From Alloascoidea hylecoeti (taxonomy: Eukaryota): a stretch of DNA of 64,000 bases. Positions 1 to 10,821 of the stretch are shown here, in pieces (the first letter of the stretch is position 1; each line of letters begins with the position of its first letter). The position numbers and the translations under genes were made by a program. The DNA lies in NCBI GenBank assembly GCA_001600815.1, contig BCKZ01000003.1:1165474-1229473 (forward strand), given 5' to 3'. The notes beneath the pieces were generated by a model. That model did no database searches and had not been told where the DNA came from. It worked only from the letters and a program-made list of their open reading frames with translations.

Positions 1-341
1 TAATATAAATGAGAAATATATAAAATATGATAGGTTTGAAGATAAATAGTTAGTGATTATAATATGAATAACTGGGTTGTTACATTTATGAAATATCAAT
101 CGAAGTATTACAAGCTCTCTATTTATTCATGGCAATTTATATCCTGGAATGAAGTTTAATTATAAGTAAATTAATAATATGAATGATAACAAGATTGCCT
201 ATAAACTTATACCACATACAATAATTATAGTGTAGTTATAGTGTATTTAATTACAACTATATCCTACCATTATTATGAGTAATGATTGCCGGCCGTGGAT
301 ATTGGGGGGCCACATATGCTGACTGTCCCAGATAATCAAAT

Positions 342-675
342 AATTATGTTGTAGGAACTATATTAGCGGCAGAGATTAGCAGTTCCACTCCTAATTCCCT
401 ATGTTAGAAATATTCGGTATTTTCTTTTTCGGCATAAGGGGACTAACGGTTCCGCATCGGGTGATACAATACTCCGTATTTCCTTTGGGTATATTTGGTG
501 GGTTAGTCAAAAATTTGGAGGTTGTTGATCATAGAAAACAAAAAGTTCGGTGTTCAAATAATAGTCGAATGTTCTAACCAAAAGAATAGGAAATACTAAT
601 ACTGAACTTTATTCCTTCTCCCTAAAAAAGAGCTAATTTGGAGTAGAAACACTATATATAATTAGTGCTACATAT
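342..675. mobile_element. Degenerate foldback/MITE-like element, same family as 54420-54735
   Basis: TTATGTTGTAGGA (344-356) is the exact reverse complement of 54713-54725. TTCCACT, AAATATTCG and TTTTCGGC blocks are collinear with the 54430-54550 arm. Internal inverted repeats: GTTAGAAATATTCG (403-416)/CGAATGTTCTAAC (566-578) and GACTAAC (441)/GTTAGTC (502). Boundaries approximate. Confidence 0.5.
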
Positions 676-1558
676 TTATATATGATAGTACTTTATAATT
701 ATTATACGGTGATCAATTAATAGCAATTAATATTACAAGTCCGAATAAATGCAATCTAAAGCTCGAGTATTCTGCGGTTGCATACGTATAAAGTTGTAAA
801 ATATAATGCTAAGATAAATTTTAGTTAATTCTAAAGGTCATGGAATTGCTATTAATTTAAAAAATCAACATGGGAGAAATTTTATTGTCCATAGCCTCAG
901 CTAAAGTCATTTATAGAGGTACAAAAGTCATCGTCATTATAATCATGCTAATGATGAGTGTAATGCATGTTCTGTATTCAATTCAAAACGGTTCGAATTC
1001 ATGCAATTGCAATGGATGGTAGATCAAAGATAAAGATGCACTGCCTGTAGATATATTGTTTGCAGTGGCTATTATAACGTAAGCGCAACAACTGAGATGA
1101 GTTGAACTTTGTAATTCTTACAATTGGTGAAGATAACCGGCACATGTGAGATGCATATAATGGAGGTTACATAATTACCGAGTATTCTATGAAGCTAAAA
1201 TATGTTGAGGAAGCCGTTGAAGACAGAATAGACAGTGACCACATATTAAACAAAGTCATTGAATGTTGATGATGAATATAGAATATAATTATAGAATGGC
1301 CAATTTTAGTATCTCAGAAAGTCCAAAAACGTCACAAACAAGTTAGAAATGGAAATGCAAATTTACTAAATTTAACCACCACCAGGAAAATTATAATAGA
1401 CGCAGACAAAATAATATTAAAAATGTTGTTGCCTTTAGGACCAACTAGAACTTTTCTTGAGATATAAAACTCCACGGTTTCCATCACTGGGGTGCTTTTT
1501 GTTCCTTTCTACCATATATACATTACTTGTCCTAACTCAATCATTAATTACAACTATC

Positions 1559-4500
1559 ATGGCGACTGCAACTATTGATGTCGTTAGACTACTAGAGATA
1601 GTACTAAATGGTGTTAGTGCTATTAATACCAAGGTTAAAGAAGCAAGACAGATGGATAATCGTGTAATCGATTTGTTGGTGAGCTTTACTGAATCTTCTT
1701 ATCGTTTAGAAAAATATAGGACGAAAATTGATAATTTAGATGAAGATGATGCAAGAATGGCTATGAACTTACTAAGGCCGGTCCAAACGCGAATAGTTCA
1801 GGCAAATGAATTATTTTTATATTATTGTGGTGAGGATTTGGACCCAAACACAACCGATGATGCCGATTTTGAATCAAAGGCGCCAAGATTTGTAAAACAG
1901 ACGAAATGGGATAGGGATAGAGAATATCTAACAACTATGGCAGCTGATGTTGTTAAATATACAGATAATTTCATAAAATTTATGGATGATCGGCAAAAAG
2001 AAGTTGATGCATTAAATGATATCCCATGGGATGATGATTTTAAGGTTGGAAGTCTTGCTTCATTTTCAAGAAATATGAGCTTTTCAGGAAGGGAAGATAT
2101 ATTAGATCAAATATCTTCCTTATTAATTGAAACAACTGGTAGAGCTGAAATCATTTTAGAAGGTATAGGCGGAATAGGGAAATCACAAATTGCTTTAGAA
2201 TATGCTTTTAGGTCTGCAAAAATATATGATAGTATTCTTTGGATAGATGCTCATGACAGCCAAAGCTTAAGAACAGGTATTCGAAATCTCTTAGAAAAGA
2301 TTGTTACTTATTATATCACAAAGATCAGTACAGATAACTATGCCGAAATTGGTAAAAAGTTTGGAATGCCATGGCTTGTCGATGCAAACGGAAAACTAAA
2401 AATCAATGATGATTCTAGAGGTAAATTAGTGTTCGTAAAAGATTGGCTTTTTGGATATAAACAAGATAAAGATGTTGAAGATGATATTCAAAAGGCCATC
2501 TTCAATTGGCTTGGAAATCGAAAAAATAAAAGATGGCTTATGATTATTGATAATATGGATGATCCTACATTCAAAACATTAGACGATGTTATTCCAAATT
2601 GTGATTGGGGTAATGTAATAATCACATCTAGGATTGATAGTCTTCCTGAACATGCAACTGATATTCATGTTGATGATCCAGGTATTGATACTGGTGTTGA
2701 AATATTATTAAAATCAAGTGGAAAATCAAAATCAAATTTAAGTGCTAGAGAATTTCAAGCAGTTGAAGGTATATCAAGAATATTAAATAATCATCCATTA
2801 GCATTAGATATTGTTGGTACTTACGTTGATCAAAATTTAATCTCGTTTTCAAAATATCAAGAAAAACTTGATAAAGATCATGGATTACTATTTAGGACTG
2901 ATGATAATATACCCGGTAAAGAAGATATTATTGATTTAACTTATTTGGTAACATACAATAGTTTATCAGAAAATGCTAGACATATTTTGAATCTATTTTC
3001 ATTTTTTGACAATCAAAATATTTCAAAATCAGTTGTTCAAAAACATGGTGTAAAGTTTGCTACATGGCTAAAAGATTCAAAGTCATACAGCATTGGTGTT
3101 CATGAACTATTAAGGTATTCAATGGTTTATGTTAGAAAGGAATCAAAAGATAACTCACTTGCGGTTCATCCAGTTATTCATAGTTGGGTTAGATCACGTT
3201 TGGATCAGAGTCAAACACAGTATTATGCGAGAATGGCTGTTATGATTCTCTCAGAAGTAGTATCAGGGGATGATCCAACTACAGAAAGACGATACTGGCT
3301 TAGTATTTATCCTCATATCACAGCAATTCTGAAAGTTATTCAAAATGTTTTCTTAACTACCTCTGATCAAGAGTTATTGGATGGTATTGAAAAAATAGCT
3401 GCTTGTTTAGTTCAGTTATGTTTTTTTCAAAAAGCTGCAGGACTAATTGAATATCTTCTATCACGTTATAGGGAACTTTATGATTCAGATAATATTGAAA
3501 CTGTTGAAGCTGAAGAAACATTAGCATCATCTTATTATTTTCTTGGAAGATATGTTGAAGCAATTGATTTATATAAGTTAGCATTAAAGAGTCGTGAGAA
3601 AACATTTGGTGTAAATGATCCAGCAACTTTAGCGGATCAAAGAAATCTTGGATCTCTTTACAAAAATATTGGTGATTATCAAAAGTCTTTAAAATTCTTA
3701 CAAGATGTTGTTGCAAGGTCGACCACATCATTAGGTGATACACATTTAGAAACAGTTAAAGCAAGAAAAACTCTTGGACTTCTATATAAAGATATGGAAA
3801 GGTACAAGGATGCTTTGAAGTTATTAACAGAATCTTATGAGAGTTATAAATCATTGTTTGGAGATAATAATCCTGATACTATTGACACTTTATTGAGTTT
3901 AGGAGAACTTTATAGAATACTAGGACAATATGAAGAATCATTTAAATCTTTAAAGAAAGCACATTCTCAGTTTGAAGCAATATATGGAGAAGAACATCCA
4001 GCTACCTTAAAAGCTAGTGAATGTTTAGGAGTTCTAGATTGGAGGCGAGGGGATTATAAATTAGCAAGAGACAGATTAGAAAAATCATTAGGGTTTCAAA
4101 AGAAGATTTTTGGAGATGAACATCCAAAGGTTTTAAAAATCATTGGATATATTGGATCAATTTATCTAAGTTTAGGAGATTATAAAAAATCATTAGAATT
4201 ATCATTACAAGCAACTAAAGGATTTGAGAATTCTTTGGGTAAAGATCATCGTGATACATTACGTTGTGTCTTAACTTCAGGAATGGCATATTTCAATTTA
4301 GAGGAATTTGATGATGCCATGAATATGTTTCAACGTTCATTGATAGGCTTTGAACGCTATCCAATTTCTCAAGATCTAGCATTAACAACACTTAATATCG
4401 GTAGAATTCATCTTGTCAAATATCAATATGTTAAAGCGAAAGAAATGCTAACAGAATCCTATGATCAATTTAATAAATTATTTGGTAAAGCACATCCAAA

Positions 4501-5473
4501 TACTTTAGAAGTCTTAACAACATTAGGATCGTTATATAATGAAATGGGACATACACAAAAGGCTCTGGAAATATTTAAAGAAGTTCTTGATATTTATGAT
4601 AAATCTGAAAATCCAAGACTACCAAATGTTTCAACAACGTTAGATATGATGGGACAAGCTTACACCAAAAATGGTGAATATAATTTTGCACTTGTTAGAT
4701 TTAAACAAGCTCTTGCCAATAGAAAAAAATATTTAGGAGATGAGCATCCAGCTACATTAAGAACAATCAAAGATATTGGCTTTACATATTTGAGTCAAGG
4801 TGAATTTCAAACGGCTAAGACTTGGTTTGAACTTTCCTTAAAAGGATTTAATGATTTAGGGTATGAAAACTCTACTAAATTTGATGCTTTGAATGGTATT
4901 GGTATGGTTTATACAGAAATGGGAAAACCATCAGAAGCATTGAGTTATTTCCAAGAATCAATTAAAGGGTATGAAGAACTTTATGGGTCAAATCATCCTA
5001 AAACAATTGAAGTTTTTGTGAACATTGGTTTCTCATTTGAAAAAATTAAAAAATTGGACAAAGCATTAGAATACTACAATACAGCTCTTAATAAATGCAA
5101 TAATAATAAAACCAACTTTGATAATACGTTGCTTTTGACAATAAATTCTCATATTGGTAGTGTTTATATTCAACAACAAAAATATTTTGATTCTAAAAAT
5201 TTACTAGAAGGGTTGGTTAGAGATTATGAGAATGATTTAGGAGAAGATCATATTGATACATTTAAAACAAAGGAAAAACTTGGTGTTGTTTATGGTAACT
5301 TAAAACAATACAAAGAAGCATTTGAAATTTTAGATGAGGCGCTTAAAAGATATGATGATTTATTAGGATTAAATAATACAGATTCAAAAAGAGTTAAGAA
5401 TTTGGTTAAAACATTCAAAAGAGAGAGACGTGTTGAAAAATTTAAGAACATTCTATTTTGTCGTGGTAATTAA
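1559..5473 (+). CDS. Fungal NLR-type STAND ATPase: N-terminal HeLo-like/SesA-type helical domain + NB-ARC + TPR array (1304 aa)
   Basis: First ATG at 1559 (the track starts at an upstream TTG). NB-ARC motifs: FSGRE, P-loop GIGGIGKS, Walker B WLMIIDNMDD, sensor-1 VIITSR, NHPLAL (GLPL), VHP (MHD). About 15 repeats of ~42 aa carrying FGxxHPxTL-type TPR signatures. Confidence 0.93.
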   Translation: MATATIDVVRLLEIVLNGVSAINTKVKEARQMDNRVIDLLVSFTESSYRLEKYRTKIDNLDEDDARMAMNLLRPVQTRIVQANELFLYYCGEDLDPNTTDDADFESKAPRFVKQTKWDRDREYLTTMAADVVKYTDNFIKFMDDRQKEVDALNDIPWDDDFKVGSLASFSRNMSFSGREDILDQISSLLIETTGRAEIILEGIGGIGKSQIALEYAFRSAKIYDSILWIDAHDSQSLRTGIRNLLEKIVTYYITKISTDNYAEIGKKFGMPWLVDANGKLKINDDSRGKLVFVKDWLFGYKQDKDVEDDIQKAIFNWLGNRKNKRWLMIIDNMDDPTFKTLDDVIPNCDWGNVIITSRIDSLPEHATDIHVDDPGIDTGVEILLKSSGKSKSNLSAREFQAVEGISRILNNHPLALDIVGTYVDQNLISFSKYQEKLDKDHGLLFRTDDNIPGKEDIIDLTYLVTYNSLSENARHILNLFSFFDNQNISKSVVQKHGVKFATWLKDSKSYSIGVHELLRYSMVYVRKESKDNSLAVHPVIHSWVRSRLDQSQTQYYARMAVMILSEVVSGDDPTTERRYWLSIYPHITAILKVIQNVFLTTSDQELLDGIEKIAACLVQLCFFQKAAGLIEYLLSRYRELYDSDNIETVEAEETLASSYYFLGRYVEAIDLYKLALKSREKTFGVNDPATLADQRNLGSLYKNIGDYQKSLKFLQDVVARSTTSLGDTHLETVKARKTLGLLYKDMERYKDALKLLTESYESYKSLFGDNNPDTIDTLLSLGELYRILGQYEESFKSLKKAHSQFEAIYGEEHPATLKASECLGVLDWRRGDYKLARDRLEKSLGFQKKIFGDEHPKVLKIIGYIGSIYLSLGDYKKSLELSLQATKGFENSLGKDHRDTLRCVLTSGMAYFNLEEFDDAMNMFQRSLIGFERYPISQDLALTTLNIGRIHLVKYQYVKAKEMLTESYDQFNKLFGKAHPNTLEVLTTLGSLYNEMGHTQKALEIFKEVLDIYDKSENPRLPNVSTTLDMMGQAYTKNGEYNFALVRFKQALANRKKYLGDEHPATLRTIKDIGFTYLSQGEFQTAKTWFELSLKGFNDLGYENSTKFDALNGIGMVYTEMGKPSEALSYFQESIKGYEELYGSNHPKTIEVFVNIGFSFEKIKKLDKALEYYNTALNKCNNNKTNFDNTLLLTINSHIGSVYIQQQKYFDSKNLLEGLVRDYENDLGEDHIDTFKTKEKLGVVYGNLKQYKEAFEILDEALKRYDDLLGLNNTDSKRVKNLVKTFKRERRVEKFKNILFCRGN

Positions 5474-5921
5474 TTTTTTTTTCTTCCTATGATTATGATT
5501 ATGATCAAAATATACTACTAATATTACAAATACAAATTTGTTTAACCTTTTTCTTTTTTACAATTAATTAATTAGGAATTATGTATTTCTATTCAACATA
5601 TTGATATTTTGCAGTTGACTGTTATATAACTTATTGACTTTTAAATTTATTATGTATTTTTATTTTCATTGACTTGATTCTCTTATTACCAATTTACTTT
5701 ACTTTGTTTATCTTCTTTCTTATGATAGCGTTTGGATATATATTTCTCAAACACTGACATTTTTAATTTAATTTGATTATATACTTATAAATTATGTATT
5801 ATTCTATTTCTATATCAATTGTTATGATTAATCTAACACCAAGCTATGAAGCTAGCATCAACCTTTTATAGTTCCAGTCAAATATCATGTCACCTGTTTC
5901 CCCTTATGTTACTTTGGAAAC

Positions 5922-5950
5922 CCGGGTGAAATATACCAAAAGTTACGGGA
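5922..5950 (+). repeat. Core of dispersed repeat (CCGGGT-N14-NTTACGGGA)
   Basis: Same 29-nt fixed-spacing core at 16872-16900 (+), 10777-10805 (-) and 19928-19956 (-). Confidence 0.5.
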
Positions 5951-6293
5951 AGTGAGGCCTATATATATATGTTTTTATATTATTAGAAAAGTACAGAAGA
6001 AATTAAGTTTTGGTCTTTACGTTTGAAATCTTTAATCTATAACAAGTTATCATTGAAGCTAAGAATTCTAGGAGTTGTGATCTGACTGACTTTTAAGAGA
6101 TTCTTCATTTTTGATTAAGTTATTGATTTTTGTGTATTCGCTATCTCTGACATTCCTAGCTGAGTTTGTATTTTTGTTTTGATATTTTTATTGCTTGCTC
6201 AAAAATGCTCATTGTTATACGACACCCTTTAAAAAGGATTTTTTTTGTTAAATCTTTCCTTCCATAATACCCGTATAGGTTTGATGGATATGC

Positions 6294-7140
6294 TTGTGGT
6301 GAGGATTTGGACCCAGACACAACCGATGATGCCGATTTTGAATCAAAGGCGCCAAGATTTGTAAAACAGACGAAATGGGATAGGGATAGAGAATATCTAA
6401 CAACTATGGCAGCTGATGTTGTCAAATATACAGATAATTTCATAAAATTTATGGATGATCGGCAAAAAGAAGTTGATGCATTAAATGATATCCCATGGGA
6501 TGATGATTTTAAGGTTGGAAGTCTTGCTTCATTTTCAAGAAATATGAGCTTTTCAGGAAGGGAAGATATATTAGATCAAATATCTTCCTTATTAATTGAA
6601 ACAACTGGTAGAGCTGAAATCATTTTAGAAGGTATAGGCGGAATAGGGAAATCACAAATTGCTTTAGAATATGCTTTTAGGTCTGCAAAAATATATGATA
6701 GTATTCTTTGGATAGATGCTCATGATAACCAGCGCTTGAGAGCTAGCATGAGGGCTGCGTTGCAAAAAATAATTACCTACTATATTATAGTTATAAAGGC
6801 AAATACATACTACATAACTATGCCGAAATTGGTAAAAAATTTGGAATGCCATGGCTTGTCGATGAAAACGGGAAACTAAAAATCAATAATAATCACATCT
6901 AAGAAGAATCTTATTCCTGGGCATGCAACTTATATTCTTGTGGGTAATCCAGGTGTAGACACAAGTATGAATATATTAATAAAAGCAAGTCCTAACGAAG
7001 TACATGCAGTTAGAAGTATATCAAAAAGGTTAAATAATCATCCATACGCTTTAAATGTGGTTGCTAATTATGTTAAACAAAATTTAATCTCGTTTTCAAA
7101 ATATCAGAAAGACATCTACTATTCCGGGATGGATGAGCAA
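6294..7140 (+). pseudogene. Truncated, frameshifted paralog of the NLR (end of N-terminal domain + partial NB-ARC)
   Basis: 6294-6725 matches 1825-2256 with only two mismatches seen. Beyond that it diverges, with a frameshift near 6790-6815, a ~210-bp deletion removing Walker B and a ~24-bp deletion. Homology fades near 7110-7140. No native start and no TPRs. Confidence 0.9.
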
Positions 7141-7562
7141 TTATCTGAATTTCGAGCTGTTCAAAATTATGTAAACTTATATGCACTGTAAGGTGTATGA
7201 GAAGTAAATCAGAAAAACAGATTCTCAACACAACCACGAAATTAAAATTAGTATTGGCCGAAATTTAGTCAACGTTAGAAAAGTATTGTATATTTGAAAT
7301 AAAAGTTTTTAAGTGTTATTAGAAATTAATTGACATCAGTTCGTCGTAGCGTGTAACTCTAACAAAAAGATCTTATAAGCAATTTAGAACCACTTGGTGA
7401 TAGATTCCTTAAGTAAGGTTATATAAGATTTTATACTACTCCCTAGTAACTTAAACTGTCTACCTAATGATGATATAGTATTTATTTTAGAATAACGATT
7501 TATAAATTTATACCATATATGCATCTGAGAGTAACTTTAGGCGGATTAAGTTGATTAAGATC

Positions 7563-7675
7563 TAGATACGGATATCCTTGATTCCCGCAATTATACCTTA
7601 GACCCAATCGAGTGAAAAATAGCTTCTGTTCTGTGGAACCAAATATATCGATATCAGAGGTTGATTCTAAGATTC
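7563..7675 (-). repeat. Dispersed repeat copy related to 16820-16962
   Basis: GATTCCCGCAATTATA (7580-7595) is the exact reverse complement of 16930-16945; collinear flanking similarity (CAATCGAGTGAAAAATA vs CAATCAAGTAAAAAATA). Confidence 0.55.
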
Positions 7676-7906
7676 TTGTGTATCCATGTGGGTCAGGCAG
7701 CTAAACTAAATACAGACAACTTCTCACAGAAAGTACATTTAGGAAGATTATAATCGACAGTATAATAATAAAGTAAATTAACAAGTTAATAGTATCATTT
7801 TTTGGTAATCATCCGGTCTGAAACATACTCTATTCTGAAATATACGCATCCCCCACGTCCGAAGAACATTTTGAAATTTGCGGTTTTGTGAATGTCTTAT
7901 TAGAAT

Positions 7907-10297
7907 ATGAATGGTTCCCTTTTTATAGGGCTCCCCAGGGCATTATCTTTAAATATTGCTTCATTCTCTATTTCAAGATCTTTAATATTCTCTTCAAGAA
8001 CTTGTTTGAAATCAAATTATCATAATGTTTTAACAAATTTTGGATCAGTTGCGAGATTTAGTACCTTGAATTTTTACCCAAAAAGGGAAATCTATTACAA
8101 ATCAAGTGTTATGATACAACATCAACATCAACATCAACATCAAAGTAAATATTTATTACCAGATAGTATATTGAACAAGGTATCAATATTACATTTATAT
8201 AATAACTTTCAGATATACCGGAATTTCACTATAAGATCTATTTCAAATAACGAATTAAATAAAAATATTAATGATCCACCATTAACAAAACAGGTACTAT
8301 TGAATGATGATAATAAAACTTTAAAACAAAAAAACTTAACAAAAACAAATGAAATATCGTTATCATTAGATAATGATAATAATAATGAAAATAACAACAA
8401 TAATAATAATAAATCTGGTTGGAATGATATTGTTAGACTTTTTAAAATAGGTCAAAAAGAAATAGGACCAATGGCATTAGCAATTATATTTTTATGTATT
8501 TCATCAGCAATAACAGTTTCTGTACCATTATGTATTGGTAAAATTCTTGATTCTTCATTATCTGAATCAAAATTAATTTTTGGTTTACCATTAAATCAAT
8601 TTTATTATTGTATTAGTATATTTTTTTTAATTGGTGCCTTATCAAATTTTGGTCGTGTTGTTATATTAAAGTTAATAGGTGAAAGAGTTGTTGCAAGATT
8701 ACGTTCATTTATGTTTAAAAAAATAATTACACAAGATTCTGAATTTTTTGATAAAAATAGAGTTGGTGATTTAATTTCAAGATTAGGTGCTGATTCAAAT
8801 ATAGTTGCAAGATCAATAACTCAAAATGTATCTGATGGTTTAAGAGCAATTGTTTCTGGTGTTGTTGGATTAACAATGATGTGTTATGTTAATTTACAAT
8901 TAACCTTAGTTATGATTATTGTTGCTCCACCTTTAGCTATTGGAGCAATGATTTATGGTAAAAGAATAAGACAAATTTCAAAAGATTTACAAGAATCAGT
9001 TGGTACTTTAACAAAAGTTGCTGAAGAACAATTAAATATGGTTAAAACAATTCAATCTTTCAATGGTGAAGTCAAAGAAGTTAAAAAATATAATAATCAA
9101 GTTAGAAATGTTTTTTCAATTGGTAAAAAAGAAGCTTTAACAAGTGGTGTATTTTTTGGTTGTACAGGTTTAGTTGGAAATTTTACAATTTTATCATTAT
9201 TAATTTATGGAACAGGTATGGTTAGTAGTGGAGTAATGTCAATGGGTGATTTAATATCATTTATGATGTATGCTGCTTATACTGGCTCATCAACTTTTGG
9301 TCTATCAAGTTTTTATTCAGAATTAATGAAAGGTACTGGAGCAGCGTCAAGATTATTTGAAATAATTGATACAAATTCAAAAATTCCAACAACAAAAGGT
9401 TTAAAATTAAATAATGCAAAAGGTACAATAATTTTTGAAAATATAAATTTTAATTATCCAACAAGAAAAAATGTTAGAATTTTTAATAATTTAAATTTTA
9501 AAATTCCAATGGGTAGTAATATATGTATTGTTGGTCCTTCAGGTAGTGGTAAATCAACAATTATATCATTACTTTTAAGATTTTATGATCCAGTTTCTGG
9601 TATAATTAAAATAGATGATAAAAACATTAAACAATTTAATTTAAAATCTTTAAGACAAAGATTAGGTGTTGTTCAACAAGAACCTGTTTTAATAAATGGT
9701 ACAATATTTGAAAATGTTGCTTATGGTGTTAAACATGCAACAATTGAACAAGTTAATGAAGCATGTAAATTTGCAAATTGTCAATTTATAAATGAATTTC
9801 CAAATGGTTTAAATACACAAGTTGGTCCACGAGGTACAAAATTAAGTGGTGGACAAAAACAAAGGATTGCAATTGCACGTATAATTATTAAAAATCCTGA
9901 TATATTAATTTTAGATGAAGCAACATCTGCTTTAGATGTTTTATCAGAACGTTTAATAAATAATACATTAAACAAATTATTTTCATCAAAATCAATTACA
10001 ACTATTTCAATTGCTCATAGATTATCAACAATTAAAAAAGCAGAATTAATTATTGTTTTAAATAATAAAGGTGAAGTTATTGAAATTGGTAAATTTAAAG
10101 AATTATTTTCAAATGAAAATTCTGAATTATGGAAATTATTAAATGATAATAATAATACTACTAATCATAATACTATTGGTAATGATGAAATTAAACAAAA
10201 AGAAGAAGAAGAATTATTGTTAAAAGAACAATTGATTGAAGAATTAGAACAACAAAGAGATGAAGATGATCAAAGAGATTTAAAATTGAAACTTTAG
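7907..10297 (+). CDS. MDL1: Mitochondrial inner-membrane half-size ABC transporter (ABCB10/Mdl1 family)
   Basis: Presequence-like N-terminus; TM domain with TQNVSDG and YTGSSxFGLSSFYSELMKG; Walker A GPSGSGKS; signature LSGGQKQR; DEATSALD. Closer to Mdl1 than Mdl2 by recalled motifs. Confidence 0.88.
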   Translation: MNGSLFIGLPRALSLNIASFSISRSLIFSSRTCLKSNYHNVLTNFGSVARFSTLNFYPKREIYYKSSVMIQHQHQHQHQSKYLLPDSILNKVSILHLYNNFQIYRNFTIRSISNNELNKNINDPPLTKQVLLNDDNKTLKQKNLTKTNEISLSLDNDNNNENNNNNNNKSGWNDIVRLFKIGQKEIGPMALAIIFLCISSAITVSVPLCIGKILDSSLSESKLIFGLPLNQFYYCISIFFLIGALSNFGRVVILKLIGERVVARLRSFMFKKIITQDSEFFDKNRVGDLISRLGADSNIVARSITQNVSDGLRAIVSGVVGLTMMCYVNLQLTLVMIIVAPPLAIGAMIYGKRIRQISKDLQESVGTLTKVAEEQLNMVKTIQSFNGEVKEVKKYNNQVRNVFSIGKKEALTSGVFFGCTGLVGNFTILSLLIYGTGMVSSGVMSMGDLISFMMYAAYTGSSTFGLSSFYSELMKGTGAASRLFEIIDTNSKIPTTKGLKLNNAKGTIIFENINFNYPTRKNVRIFNNLNFKIPMGSNICIVGPSGSGKSTIISLLLRFYDPVSGIIKIDDKNIKQFNLKSLRQRLGVVQQEPVLINGTIFENVAYGVKHATIEQVNEACKFANCQFINEFPNGLNTQVGPRGTKLSGGQKQRIAIARIIIKNPDILILDEATSALDVLSERLINNTLNKLFSSKSITTISIAHRLSTIKKAELIIVLNNKGEVIEIGKFKELFSNENSELWKLLNDNNNTTNHNTIGNDEIKQKEEEELLLKEQLIEELEQQRDEDDQRDLKLKL

Positions 10298-10672
10298 AAT
10301 TTACGATACATATATAAATTAGAACTCAACCCTTCATATCCTTTTGTATTCACATCCCTCTAGGAGATTTCAACAATCTTACTTAAATATAGATCCACCT
10401 CTCATCTCAATCTTTCTTATATCCAATTAGTCTTATGATTAAGTTTGTGTTGTAAAATCACCATTTCACTTAAGAAAAGTGGACTAAATTTAATGGTGAT
10501 CCTTCTTTTAGCTGATAAATCCGACAGCCACTTTAATTTCTAAAGATTTCCAAGTAACTCACAGGATTCATACCATCTTAGGATAGTCATTCAATAATCG
10601 AAATTTTGCTATACCTTTAAATATTTCATACCTTTTTAGGATAGTGCCAATTACATAGTTTAGCCATCTACA

Positions 10673-10821
10673 GTTCTTTGACTCCCAATGGTAACTTGCT
10701 GTAGATATTAAAGATTTAATGTACTCACTATGCATATGAATATAGCTAAAAATAAGATTTCCGGATAAACGGTGTATCCCGTAAGTTTTGTGTGCTTTTA
10801 CCCGGCGTTGAGTCTCTCATG
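10673..10821 (-). repeat. Dispersed repeat copy (pairs with 19792-19970)
   Basis: Collinear shared blocks: CCAATGGTA, AATGTACTCACTATG/AATCTATTCACAATG, TAAACRGTGTATCCCG, TTTTAYCCGG, CATG. Confidence 0.6.

Noticed and set aside
985..1005. GGTTCGAATTC B-box-like sequence
   Set aside because: No cloverleaf or A-box. No tRNA gene was found in the window by eye.
1110..1270. Frame reading TIGEDNRHM*DAYN..EYSMKLKYVEEAVE, vaguely TPR-like
   Set aside because: No convincing DNA or protein alignment to the NLR repeats.
3357..3743. Short antisense or alternative-frame ORFs overlapping real genes (this one, 13908-14153, 22657-22845, 58135-63672 and others)
   Set aside because: Shadow ORFs produced by AT-rich codon bias; no recognisable motifs.
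3400..5400. Hypervariable high-identity TPR array as in allorecognition NLRs
   Set aside because: The TPR units are highly diverged from each other at the DNA level, with no sign of concerted repeat shuffling.
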